A stretch of DNA of 62,131 bases, filler included, from Basidiobolus ranarum (Eukaryota): assembly GCA_040143965.1 (NCBI GenBank). It is 9 parts of 9 records of this genome, joined end to end, with 100 filler letters (N's around TTAATTAATTAA, not from the genome) between each part and the next. Parts side by side here need not be neighbours in the genome. Positions count along the whole stretch, not along the records: positions 1 to 6,829 come from JASJQH010001234.1; positions 6,930 to 13,755 come from JASJQH010001235.1; 7 more parts are not named here. The stretch is one strand, 5' to 3'. Both the position numbers and the translations under genes were made by a program. How positions within the stretch are numbered: position 1 is the stretch's first letter; every line of letters starts with the position of its first letter. Of the stretch, positions 1 through 12,427 are shown one piece after another. Below the pieces are notes generated by a model. It was not told where the DNA came from. It did not search any database and worked only from the letters and a program-made list of their open reading frames with translations.

Positions 1-2640
1 TGTCTGACATTGGATTGATAAGCGGCTTTGTGTCTGATGAAGTGTTTCAAATCATATTTGACTATGTTCAAGTCCACATATAGTGCTAAGAGAAGGATCC
101 TCTTTCTGGCTATTTTGATGTAAATACTATGATCCTCATTGCCTGTTTGGAATCCTAATTGGCTGAGAGTGCCTGGATTGATCCAATGGAGCTTGTCTTA
201 GCTACTGGAGCAAATGTTCATTAAAATCAACTTATGTTGTCTGTGAATAACATTTTGCAACTAATCTTGCTTTGCACCTTTTGACAGTTCGATCACCTCA
301 ATTTTTGACTTTGTTGACCCATTTGAAACCTATTGGCTTTCTCCCAGAGGAAAGGGGACTCAAAACCCACATTCTACTATCTTGAAGTGAAGAAAACTAG
401 TCAGACATTGCTTTTTTGCAACATTTTGATTTGCAACATTCAAGAGCTTGATCTAGATTCTGTGGCTTGTCATTGAATGCTGCATAAACATATATATTCT
501 CATTGGAAGTGTTGTGCTGGTTTCCTGGCTTATTTCTCCTACTGGAAGATCTTCTGGGTCCTGAATCATCCACTGATGTAATTGGGACTGGAATTCTGTA
601 TGAATAGGGCTAAGATATAGCTGGAATCTTTCAGTTCCTGCTTGAATAGGGCCAATTTGCTTTTTCATCCAAACTCACATCTCCGCACCTAATTGACTTC
701 TGATTTTTTGTATCAAGCAGTTGATCAGCCTTTGATCCACCACACTGACCAAGAAATATGCACTTTCTGCTTTTGGGATCCAATTTAGAGTGCTTTTGAG
801 CTGGAATTTGGCATTATGCAGTGCAACCAAAGATCCTGCGATGATTCACATTAAGGTTTGACCCATATAAGGCTTCAAATGGAATAGATTTTTGTAGCAA
901 TCTTGTTGGCATCTATTTTTCACATAGACTGCAGTGGAGAAAGATTCAGCCCAATATTTGTAATCTAACTTTTGATCATGTAATATTGATCACGCCATCT
1001 CCACTGTGGTGCTTTTGCACTTTCTGTAACTCCATTTTGCTGTGGATTATAAGGTACAGTAGTTTGTTGCTTAATTCCATGTTCAGAACAAACCCTAGCA
1101 AAGTCTTTAGAGCAGTATTCTCAAGCATTAACACTCCTTAGTACCCTTATTTTTTTTGCTGATTCTTTCTCTAATATTGATTTATAGTGCTTGAGCATAG
1201 CTAAAACTTCACATCTTGGGTTGAAAAAGAATACCCAGGTATATCTTGTTTTGTCGTCAAAGAGGTTGTAAAATATCTTTTCCCACTAGTGAGACCTTTT
1301 TCATGGGCCCACATAGGTCAAAATGAATCAAGACAAAATTCTGAGTGGATTTGATCTCTACAGTGCTTGAAAATGCCTATCTGTGATGCTTTCAGTATAT
1401 GCAACCTTCACACAAATCCAATTTGGCAATATTATCAATTTCAAAGCCTGAAAAAAGCTCATTTTTGATCATTGGGGTCAGTTTTTGTTCCTCAATGTGG
1501 CCTAATCTACTTTGCCACATTCAACAGCTTATTTCACCAGTTCTGGCCAAATTTGCATGTTCAAAATGCACTTTGTTGAGTTCTAGCTTGTATAAGTGTT
1601 ATATTTTGATCTCAGTAGCTAATTTGGTATATTTCTGATCTGTGATAATGCATCCAGCCTTGCTGAACCTAGGACTCAGTCCTTGAGTTGTTGCCTGGCT
1701 TACTGAGAGTTGATTCTTGGCTATACTTAGTACATAGAATACATTGTCCAATTTTGAAAGATGGTGAAGCTGAATATTGGTCTAAATTAAGCACAACTGC
1801 ACCCTTACCAACGGCATCTGGTGCATATCATCAACTAAGTAGACTCTGCTTGTTTGGATTGGTTTTAAGCTGTAAAGTCAATTTTCTTGTTTGACATAGG
1901 CTGGGAAGCTCCTGAATTCATGTACCATGTTTCTGAGCCTTTGTTAGTGGTTACATATGAGGCAGACACAATTAGATGATCCCTATCAGTGCTTACTTGA
2001 TTTGCTTCTTTCAATTTTAGCTTTTTGGCAAAAATACTTTTTCTGCAATCTTTGATTAAATGGCCTGGTTTCTTGCAATACTTGCTGAGGATTGATCTTT
2101 TATTAGGGGCACCATTATTGATGCTTGTTGAATGTTTTATAGGTTCAAAAAATGGCTGTTCTGCATTATGCTGCTGAGAGTTTGATCTCCTTAATTCCTC
2201 ATCCAAAATCCAAGTACCAACATATTCCATTGTTAATGGCTCTGATCTTGATTCTGGAGCAACTATGAAGTCCCCAAACTCATCTGGCAGGCTCCCAAGT
2301 AGTGTCATGACTAAGTTGTCTTCACTTGTAACAAGTCCCCATAGGTCTTTGTCTTCTAGCACAACTTTCATCTTGAACTTTCAAAGGCTAAAGTCTTCAC
2401 TATCAAACTTCTCCGTGGATGCAAAAATGTTGGTAATAGTACTGGTTGACATTCCTTCAACAGCTGGCCTGGGGCTCATAACCTGATGAAAGTGTTTTGG
2501 GATTTGAAAGTGCTCTAGACAAGGTTTGGATATGAGAATTAGACACTTAAGTTTGATTGAATTAAATATGTCATATTTATAGTCTACTATGATAAAGGAC
2601 TATTCTACCTGCTTAGATCATAAGAAACATGCCTGGGCAC
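1..2640 (-). mobile_element. Degenerate Ty1/copia LTR retrotransposon (family A): 5' LTR, PBS, gag, zinc knuckle, protease, integrase and start of RT; runs off the contig
   Basis: Minus-strand ORF 1865..2371 has gag (MKVVLEDKDLWG), a knuckle (KYCKKPGHLIKDC) and a protease-like motif (WYMNSGASQ). Integrase remnants lie at about 800-1400 and RT remnants at about 1-450, the copia domain order. PBS GGTTATGAGCCCCAG lies at 2469-2483 next to the LTR end at 2484. Many stops and frameshifts. Confidence 0.9.
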
Positions 2641-2649
2641 CCAGCATGA

Positions 2650-3560
2650 TCTTAGAACCTTACCTGTTACCATGTTGGCTACAGCCAGATGCACCTACCA
2701 TTTTGAGGAGTAAGATTAAAGCTGGAGTGCTGGAGATTTACTACCAACCTTGTGCATTCCACTTGTTTGCAATAAAAGCAAAGAGTGGTAAGCTCCAACT
2801 AATAAAAGATAGCAGCCGTTCAATACAGTGACAATTAGAGATGCTGAAGTCCCTGCTTCAATTGACAAATTTGCTACAAGCTTTGCAGGAGCATCTATAC
2901 ATCAGACCTTTGATCTATACTCAGGATTTGATCAGATGAAACTTCAAGAGACATGTCTAGACCAGAGATTCCATTTAGCCTACAAAAAATGACATGACTC
3001 ATCCAAGGAGGAAACAACTCTGTTTTGAAGTTTTGGCATGAGACATTCAATATCCACTACAAGTTCATTCTCAATATGGTAGCAGTATTTTTAGATGACA
3101 TTGGCATAGCTGGATCACATATTATGAGCCTGTTTGAAATAATCTCAGGAGTAAGAAGATTTGTATATAATAACATTCTGGACAATAAAAAGTTTTGACA
3201 GATATTTAGAAGGTTGGACTAATTGTAGGTAGTGCAAGAAGTGCTTTTGGAGTGCTGGTGATATCCATTGTTGGACTGAGAGGCTACATTGAAGATAGAA
3301 TACCAGGACCATCAAAGAATGATATGCTTCTCACATGGTCAACAACTACCAATATAATTCAAGCAAAAGGATTTGTGTCAGCTTGTGAATTCTACAGGAT
3401 ATGGATTCCCAACTTCTCTGAAATTGTGAAGCCCATCCTCCAACTACACAGAAAGAATGTAAAGTTTGTATGGGGACTTGACCAACAAAAACCTTGAGGA
3501 AGCTGAAACAAGCTCCAATAACACATCCATACTTAAGCCACTAGACTATTCCAATGTCAC
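2650..3560 (+). mobile_element. Degenerate Ty3/gypsy reverse transcriptase fragment
   Basis: Fragments read DLYSGFDQ, QGGNNS, VFLDDIGI (YxDD-like) and FYRIWIPNFSEIVKPILQLHRKNVKFVWG, typical of gypsy RT and its connection region. Confidence 0.75.
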
Positions 3561-3599
3561 ATGACAACCAACACTTACAATTCTGTGATGTAACATTTA

Positions 3600-5380
3600 C
3601 ATCATGATAGGAATCACTAATGTGACTTTTATTAATCCAAATGCAGAAAAGCTTGATGGTGAGAATCACAATTTTTATCAATTTCAAATACAAAGAATAC
3701 TGGAGGACAGGGAGCTTATGTAGTTGCCTCAGGAGATGAAAAAGAACCTTCTGACCATTTTTCATTTGACACTTACAAGAAAAAAGACAAGCATACATTT
3801 AATGTCATTTGTCAGAGTTTGAAGGATTCATAACTTGTAAATATTCAATATGTAAAGATTTTGCATCACACTTGAGCTATATTGAGTGATTTTGATGAAG
3901 CACAGAGTCTGGCTATTGTAGTCTTTCTCACACAAAAGTTCTTCACTCAAAGGACTCAATAGTCCATCAGCATGATTGCTCATATTGCAAATGTGAGATC
4001 TTGAGCATAGTAACTGGAAAGTATTGGTGCAACTTTACAGGAAGAAGATGTCTTTGTTGCTCTTTGAATTAGTCTTCAAGAGTAGTAGTAATCTTAGTTA
4101 CAGCTTTGGAAGCAGGATCTGACGTTTCAACTTTGGAGCTTGTAATAGTGAGGCTAATGAATCAATATATCAGATGAAACAATTTGAAAAACAATCTGAG
4201 GAAGTGGGTTTTCTTGGAGCTGGAAAATGTAGCTTTGGCAAATACAAAGATTACACAGATAGGAAACCAGGCATATATTTGATTGTAACAACTCAGGCTA
4301 TCTTATAAAGGATTCCAAATTGAGAAGTTGGAGTAAGCACATCAAGTTTCAGACAAAGTGGAAGCTTATACTTACTTCTACCCTGTCAGTGACCTCTGAA
4401 AAAGACTGTAAGATTTGGTGTATTGATTGGTAAGTCTCTCAACTTTACTCTAATAGAAAAAAGCTGGTGTAAAACACTCAAAACTGATATAAACAGGAAG
4501 GTTTATATTAGAGAAGATCAGCCACAATAAGCTCTAGGAGTAGAAGTTATCGAAGTAAATATTAAGAGCATTGCTGGAGGCAAGTCTCTAACACATAAAA
4601 GCATGGTATATGTGCCTAGGATGGGAAAAAATAGCTATCAGTAAGAAAATATATATTGCTTAGATTTAGCTTTAATTTTGATAAGCAAGGCTGTACAATC
4701 AGGGATCAAAAGGGAATCATGTAGCTTCTGTTGCTGAGCAAAATAACTTGTTTGAACATCATTATTTTATGCTCATATATAATCAAGATAATACTGCCAC
4801 AGCTCAAGAGGTAGACTGGAAATTTGGCATAAGAAATTGGTTCATCCCATGGCTGAATATATTGAAAATGTTATCAAAAACAAGATAGCTTTGAGATTAC
4901 ACTTTGTAACTCCACCAGATTAGAAAGCTATATGAAGGCTGCCTACATCATAGGCAACACAGACAGCAATATGTGAACTCTGGAATGGGCAAAATTGAGC
5001 ATAGTATGGGCCAGATACACTCAAATCTGTGTGGCCAAATGCAGACAAAATCCTTGAGCAGAAAAAGTTAATATATGGCCTTTATCAGTGTTAAGACAAT
5101 GTATAATTGGGTACTCTTTCTGACTAGTTAGGGTAAATCCTTTGATACCTTTGAGTAACATTTGAGACTGAAACAAATTGAAAGGTTAAGATCATCTGTA
5201 CTGTTAAAGGAGAGGAGCATACTTTAAAACTCTTCTGGAACTGCTACTCAATGCATCGGATAAACCACCAGACTAAAGTGCCATATTCCCCACAGCATAT
5301 TAGAATAGCAGGACATGCAACCAGATATACAATTCAAAAGGCAAGATCAATGCATTGTGATCAAAATTCTGAGCACATTT
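3600..5380 (+). mobile_element. Degenerate Ty1/copia internal fragment (gag to integrase), related to the element at 13856-14582
   Basis: The gag start (TFINPNAEKLDGEN) resembles ORF 14110..14550 (TFINSSVKKLNGEN). Integrase remnant HSNLCGQMQTKS at about 5020. Heavily frameshifted. Confidence 0.75.
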
Positions 5381-5399
5381 GTTCTCTCTCAAGCTTGAA

Positions 5400-6240
5400 A
5401 AAAGGCTTTCTGTGATGTTACTCATATAAGCAGCCTTCACCCAGGTCCAATTTGGTGATGATTTCAAGTTTCAAGCCTTCAACACACAGATTTTGGATTG
5501 TTTGGGTCAATTTTTGTCCTCCAATGTGGCTTAATTTTCTGCACCACAGTTGACAGCTTATTTAACCATTTTGGCCAAGTTTGTGTTAAAGTATTTGGGG
5601 GCTCATTGGATGTGGTTGGGAGAATCACAGGATTTGATGGCATTCACTTATTAATTTATTGATTAAATAGTTGACATTTATAGTTTTGGCAAGATGTATC
5701 AAACTAATTTGTAGAATGTGTTAAGCAAGGTCCCAGGAACATGTTTGCAAAGTTGGGGGCTTCAAGCACAAGTCTCAAAAACTTATATATCTGAGAACAT
5801 CTAAGTTGGTAAAAATAATCCAAGTAAATTGAGATTGAGAATAATGGATAATACCATAGTGATATATCAAATAACTAAGTACTAAGCTATATAAGATTAT
5901 ACAGGTGCTTAAGCATTGTTAATTTCAAAAGTTTGCATGCTCAGAATGCTTTTTGTGGATTTCTAGCTTTTGTAACTTTTGAGTTTGATTTCAGCAGCTA
6001 ATTTGATGCTATACTGATGTATGATAGTGCATCCAGTCTTGCTGAACACAAAATATGGTCCTTGATGTGCTACTTGGCTACTAAGAGTAGATTCTTGCTT
6101 ATATTTTCTACACAGTAAATCAACCAACATTTCAGATGGTGTAGCTGAATTTTGTTTGAACTTGATCACAATTGTGCCCTTCCAGCTGCATTAAGTGCAT
6201 AGTTATCTCCTAGAAAGACTTTCCTTTTCTGGATGGGTTT
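5400..6240 (-). mobile_element. Second family A copia fragment (protease to GAG-pre-integrase), interrupted by a solo LTR
   Basis: Nucleotide similarity to 1380-1870 (e.g. ttgctgaac...ccttga...tggct...gagtagattcttg). Confidence 0.7.
5584..5930 (-). repeat. Solo LTR (family B) with 5-bp TSD GTTTG
   Basis: Termini TGTTAAAG...ATTTCAAAA, flanked by GTTTG at 5579-5583 and 5931-5935. Removing it restores ttggccaagtttgcatgctcagaatgc, as in the other family A copies. Confidence 0.88.
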
Positions 6241-6829
6241 TAAGCCCAAAAAATGTTGTATAAATGACTCAGCAAAAATATCCCCTGCTTGCAGTCAACA
6301 AATGTCCTGCTACCAGTACATATGTCATTGCTTGAATAGATTATCCCATGGCTAAAACAATGAGATTAATATCTCAATCTATCTGACCAAGATGTCTGTC
6401 CTGCAGCTTTCCTACAAAACCAGCTTTTGCACACAAACCAAGTAGTCCAGATTATAGAGGTACTTACTTGATATCCATGGTTTAGGTTTTGTAGCTATTA
6501 CTGTGCTCATACAATGAAAAAAACCACAAGCACATTGAAAGGAGCTCTTTGTTGGAAGGTTAATATATTCTGGAGTCTCCTTTACCCCTCATATCTTGTC
6601 CATCACTGAGCTGGGTGACACATTTCTAATCCAATTAGCCCAAGGTAATAGTGACAGTTTGACACAGAGCTTCATTTTACCACATGTTAGCTCCATTGGG
6701 AACCTGCAGAATGTATAACAAAGGCCTATAATCTCTAGGCATTATTCAAGATGCAACAGGGAATTAGATCAGGAGAGGTTAATTTGAATTCCTGAAATTA
6801 GGTAATTTTTGATGATTTTGCTCAAATAA

Positions 6830-6929
6830 NNNNNNNNNNNNNNNNNNNNNNNNNNNNNNNNNNNNNNNNNNNNTTAATTAATTAANNNNNNNNNNNNNNN
6901 NNNNNNNNNNNNNNNNNNNNNNNNNNNNN
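6830..6929. other. Artificial contig spacer (N44-TTAATTAATTAA-N44); also at 13756, 20680, 27599, 34511, 41422, 48330 and 55233
   Basis: Eight identical 100-nt spacers. TTAATTAATTAA places stop codons in all six frames. Confidence 0.98.
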
Positions 6930-7198
6930 CTGCTCATCCTTGTATATCTCGATGATCGCTCCTTCTCCAACAGAACGGAAAGCTATATTTAAGAACGAAT
7001 AGGAAAAGATAAGGAGCCGGATAGGTTACAATAGACAACAAATTACTATTAACAGACAACTCAGAAGAGAGCTATGGTAGAGAGCCTTCTCTCCGTTGGT
7101 TGCTTTTCATTGTTCACATATAGGATTGCATTTTCCTAGATACTTCAAATTCACTCTAACTCTTCATTATTAAGCTGCTTACCATTGATCATATACAT
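6930..7198 (-). CDS. Possible 5' end of a spliced gene cut off by the contig end (MYMINAFRSVGEGAIIEIYKDEQ...)
   Basis: ATG...AATG|GTAAGC donor at about 7182 and ATAG acceptor at about 6984 join in frame. No family recognised. Confidence 0.25.
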
Positions 7199-7628
7199 GG
7201 CGCTTTATTTTGCTCTCACGAATAACTCCATTCACATCACATCATTTTCATCTACATTTCACTTGCACGATAAAATAAAATCAATTAACAGCCTTTAGAA
7301 AGTATTCATCCACTTCGAACATGTGAGGATCGAAATTCTTAATTTTAATCTGACGTAAAAAGATATCAATCGATTTTCGTTCGTACAAACGAATCCAACT
7401 AAACGAAAGAATAAAAAGTAAAGAAACTATACTATGGTTTCTAGAAAAGATTTGGGATCAAAGTCGCTTGTTCAGTTGAAGAGAAAAGACGTGCTAAAAT
7501 GTACAACAAAATCTCAATGGATCGCAGTAGTAAGGGGGTAATGTTTAGGCTCGCGGCGGTGTAAATTTTGAACAATGAAGGCTAGTGAATTAATAGTCAA
7601 ATGGTACGTGATATACGTCTGACCAATC

Positions 7629-10600
7629 TCAAGGATAAAGTTCAGAAGTGGGGAAGTGAGTAAGTGCGGTTTTCACTCGATCACGTACGTCCAAATCTAT
7701 ATCATCTATTAATGCGCTAAGCTTACTTTCAAAACCAAGGTTTTGGAGTTTGCGGATGCGCTCTGCATAACCTGCTCACATTTGGTTGGGTAAGTATTGG
7801 GTGGTCATATATATCTGGTTTGGGGTACGTACCTCCGTGTCGCTCTTCGGTCCAGGTTAGATTAATAATGCACCATACTGTAGCAACACGAATGGAAGCT
7901 TTAGAGTGGGTCTATGAAGCATAGAGGTTAGAGAATAATAAGGGAATTCACGAGTTTAAGAATAGGTTACCATATATTCAGAGATTGAGCGGAGAATTAT
8001 GTCACTGTTGGTGATGGCCATTTTGTGTCTTTCATTTCCAGTAGCAACATTAACAATGGTATACAGAGTCTAAACATTTGGTTAGAAGGATCCCAGGATT
8101 ATCACTAAGTTGTAGATATGTACCTGAAGTATAATATCTTCGTTATTTGATCCTAATTTCTCTTCAAACAAGCTTATCAGCCTACTCTCGCCGATTCCTT
8201 CGAAGACTTCATCGATATTCTGAGAGAAATGGTGTTAAAAAAGCTGCTAAAACTGAAGCATATCGTTGTCTTACTGTTTCATGATCACAAGCTAAGTTTC
8301 TTAGCAAATTTAGAGCTTGTTCTTGAATGCCGATTTCCGAATCGTTAAGTAGCCTATTAATAACTAGTATAAGTGAAAGATGTTCCTAAAATTGCAGATT
8401 ATGTTGTTCTTACGTTTGAAGCTTTGAGTAAGTCAAATATTTCATGACAGTTTGCTTAATCTCAGGTTCCGCTTGGAACAAGAGATTTTTCAAAGCCCAT
8501 ACAGCGTTCAATCTTAAATTGCTATCCATGGAGCTTACTAAGTGTACGAGTCGCTCAATACCGCCGCTTTCCAAAACAGTCTTGGTTGTATACAAATGTT
8601 AGTATTGAGTGATAAAAACATGATATGATGATAATTACGATTTTCATAGGAGAGAAGCCGAGGACAATGTTGCATAGCGTGGCAGAGGCAGTAGTTTGCA
8701 CGCTGATAGATTCATCGGAAAGAAGCTAGTTATAAGAGTTTTTAATAGTCTGAAGAGCTAACCAATTGCTAGATATAGTTTAAGAAACTATACCTTAAAT
8801 AACGGAATGGCTATTCCAGCATCAACTAAGCTAGTTCTTAAATTTTTCACCGAACGAGAAAGGCTTCTTGTACATTGGCAAGCGGCGGCTCTAACACCGA
8901 CATTTTTATGCGACATTGCTGCAACAATATGAGGAAGCGCTTTAGCTTCAATGACCTAAAGGAGTAAGCAAGTGTGAATAATATGATCAAACAATAAAAA
9001 AAAACATGCTAACTTGAACACGGCATTCTTCTTTCAATGAGCTAATGGCTGCTATGGCAAGTAAAGCACTCTATTCGCAAGTAAAGTGTGAGAAACACGA
9101 ATTTGAAAAAGGTTAAAAGCGCGAATAAATCCATGAAACCTCTTTGATTCTGTCACAATGAGCTTGGGCTTCAGGGTTGCTTAGTTCTTCATCAGACTGG
9201 CATATCAAACTAGTCAATTTAATAATGGCGTCGGCGTCACACGCAGCTTTTTGTAACTCTTCACTTTCACTAACTAGATAGGCTAGGAAATGAGGTATAT
9301 TTGGGCTTAGGATTGAGTTGGTCCTTTGGTTCAGCAAATGATAACTTACCAAGAACAAAAGATGCTTTCTCTTGAGATACACCAGGCTCGCTCAGAAGTT
9401 TGACCACAGTTGGAAGTACAATTAAAACGATAACGGACTGATAGCTCGGAATTACATTAGATCTACTGAGATTAATTAAGCTATACAAGTATAAATATGA
9501 TTAATATTAATCACGAGTAAACAATGAAACTGGTACGGGGTGTTACCATGTTGCTGCAAGCAGTTGCATGCTTTTAGAGTTGTCGCGTACTAATTTAAGC
9601 ATAACGTTCACTGGTTGTTCTTCATCTCCTACTGCTGAGCAAATACCCTCGTAAGTAACAATTTTGTTATTGAAAATATGTGGAAGCTGCATACTTCTAA
9701 TATCAGCTACTGATTTTCCGATTTCAGGATTTTCAAGACAGAGCGCTTGAAGGGCATCAAGTGCCGCCTCTTGGATCTAACGATTTTATACGGAAATGTA
9801 AGCCAAACGCTAAAAAATAGTGTATATAGGGAATGAAACCTTTGCATGACCACAGGACATTAGATCTACTAAAAGAGGTAGAGCGCCAGCAGAGACAATT
9901 TGCATCTGTTGCTCAACATTTTCGCAACATCTCGCTATTATAGTGGCAGCTAACTCTGGGACATGTGTAGCATATGGACAATTGAAAGGAGCATCCTTTG
10001 ATGCTTGTGAAAATCCTTTCAGCAAGTTGACCAGCTCAACTATATGTCCAGTCTATATAGAAATGATACATTAACAAATGAATAATCCTAGCAGTGTTAG
10101 TGCTAAATCACCTCAAATATATGCTGCTTGGGAGCTCGGGGGGAATTGAAGATTGCTTTCAAAGCCCTAGCTGCAGCTTCAATCAGTTTGGGCTCATTGC
10201 GAAGAGAAATACAATCTAGAAGTGGCGGAATGACTCCGGCATCGATGAGAGTGCATACGTTTTCCTCATTACCTATAGGAAATAAATTAATAATTATTCA
10301 CCTTATTCAGTTTCAGTCAAATGATAATAGAATTAACGTGAACCAACAATCATGGAACTTATTAAAGAGAAAGAAAAAACTATAGAATATATTCTATACC
10401 GTATGCCAAGCTACCAAGTATAACAACTGCTTGTATTTTAGATTGCGGATCGGTTGTGTTATCATTTTTTACAATGATTTCAATTAATCTAAAGGTTAAA
10501 GTTGTAAATGAAGCTCTTTTGTATTTGAATCCCACAGGGTGAAATTATGAAATACCTGGGAAGGATGTTGAGACTAATGTAAAGGTCTTTTTTTGTTCGA

Positions 10601-10704
10601 TTTCCAATGATGCTATTCTTAATAAATCTGAGTACTTTAATACGCTCAGCTTTGTCAGTGGTAGGCAGTAGTGCGACAGAATAATCGTGTTTAGATTGAG
10701 TCAT
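7629..10704 (-). CDS. ARMC8: Armadillo repeat-containing protein 8 (GID/CTLH E3 ligase subunit Gid5/Vid28), about 17 exons
   Basis: Exons read [77 protein letters not shown] and [12 protein letters not shown]. About 16 short GT-AG introns traced by eye; TGA stop at 7629-7631. Confidence 0.9.
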
Positions 10705-10788
10705 TATGAAATGTTGTTTTAAGGAAGAGAAAGTATTTTCAAGTTTAATTTGCGATCAGTGGGAAGGAAATCCTATCGAAAAAGGGGT

Positions 10789-10910
10789 GATTGGCTAAAG
10801 GTCTGTTAATATTTCTTCTAAAAGCAGGAAAAAATACAGAGGCTCTCTAGGAGTTTGTAACTGACCTTGTGCAAATACCACGAAAGTTCCTGGTTTATTC
10901 GTCACGTGAT
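10789..10910. promoter_or_regulatory. Candidate bidirectional promoter with a CCAAT box (ATTGG) and an E-box GTCACGTGAT
   Basis: Lies in the 433-bp gap between divergent ATGs at 10704 (-) and 11138 (+). GTCACGTGAT at 10901-10910. Confidence 0.4.
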
Positions 10911-11137
10911 ATATGTAGCAACGTCAACTTTCGTCCACTGAATTTCAATATCACACTTTATTTTAAAATGATAGAATCAAGATATAATTGATTCCAATTT
11001 GTCTTTGTTGTTCAAAACGATCGTTTATTTATTACTGTGTATTTTGAACTTGCAAGAATAAAAACAGAGTATACAACCTCCTTGAGAGCTGGAGATAAGC
11101 GAGGATAAACAGACTTGCACAGAGAACGCTTTTTACT

Positions 11138-12427
11138 ATGAAAACGAATCTCGAACCCATCCTTTTGACTGGTAAAGTTGATTCCTTTGATTTCTATATC
11201 TCTAAGTCTAATATGAATATTTTAGGTTTGAGATTTTTCGAAGTTGAGCAAAATCAAATCGTTACAACGCGTCCATTAGACTTAAAAGTAAAAGCCTGTA
11301 TAACGCTAGAAAATTTCCCTATTTCTCTGCTTTCGGGAAATCGGTATCGAGTGTATCCTTTAGCTCAACTTAACTTTACTGTTTTATACTTGATTGGCAT
11401 CACTCCTTAACCACTATAGCTACCCTTCCTCAGAACAGGAATCGACAGTGAGATTCCTTACCAAAGCTTTCTCTAGTGGTTATAGTGGAATCCTAACTTC
11501 TGTGGTGGATAATAACAGTGAAAATCTAGATCCGTTTTCTAACGTATCGAGAGGTACCTTATGGTCATATTAAATAGCAAAGAGAACTAATTTTAAATCC
11601 TTGTCAAGATATATTTCGGAAAGGGCCGGAGAATCTCTATGATTGTCATTTAATCATTTACAACAAGAACCCCGAGTCTGAGGAGATATCGCTTCTTTGT
11701 TCCGTATTGAGCGACCCATCAATGTTCCATAACATTTATCACCCAGCAGTGCGGCCACGTACCATTCAATTTGATAAAAAAACCACCATTATACCGCCAA
11801 AGGAGAATCAAATTCTTGATGGGATTCCCCCTTTAAGTTCAGTAGATTTGATAGACATTCCACCTATACAACTGAGTGTTCCTGAGGAGGACTACATAGC
11901 ACGAATAGGCGAAAACAAACCTAATTTGGGTGTGAAACTTCCTGCGATTATGAAGATGAATAATTTAAGACGACATCGTACTCTAGGGCCGCCGATGAAA
12001 CAGGTAAAACTTCAATTGTTGCGTATGGCTTACACTTCTATACAGAAACCTAAATCATTGTAGAAACCGCGATTGGAGCCGATTGTATTTTATGAAGTGG
12101 ACAACAAAAAGGTAGGCCTATACGCTTTATATCACACCCCCGCCTCTTGATATGAACCTTTTTCAGGAACTCAAAAAATTGGCTGTCAACGCTCTTCAAA
12201 AAATTGGGGTTCTCCGTGGACATCCCGACTTCACTGCCTACTGGAGTCAACTGTATAAAAGTTGCCAATTTGCACTTGTAAGTAGGATGCGAAGCGAAAT
12301 AATCTTCCATTGACTTGACTAACAGGTTGAAATGTAGAGAAAAGAAATCAAGACGCGTCATATAACCAAAGAAGAAATTCTCAATGTAGTTGAGGAACAC
12401 ATTGAGTTCTATCGAAGGCAGATGTGA
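11138..12427 (+). CDS. Multi-exon protein with a Sld7/MTBP-like C-terminal domain (replication initiation factor)
   Basis: The spliced C-terminus reads DNKK|ELKKLAVNALQKIGVLRGHPDFTAYWSQLYKSCQFAL|RKEIKTRHITKEEILNVVEEHIEFYRRQM*, resembling the Sld7_C/MTBP_C pattern. GT-AG introns; internal exon boundaries uncertain. Confidence 0.65.

Noticed and set aside
6874..6885. TTAATTAATTAA repeated at regular ~6.9-kb intervals
   Set aside because: Synthetic all-frame stop linker inside N runs, not biological periodicity.
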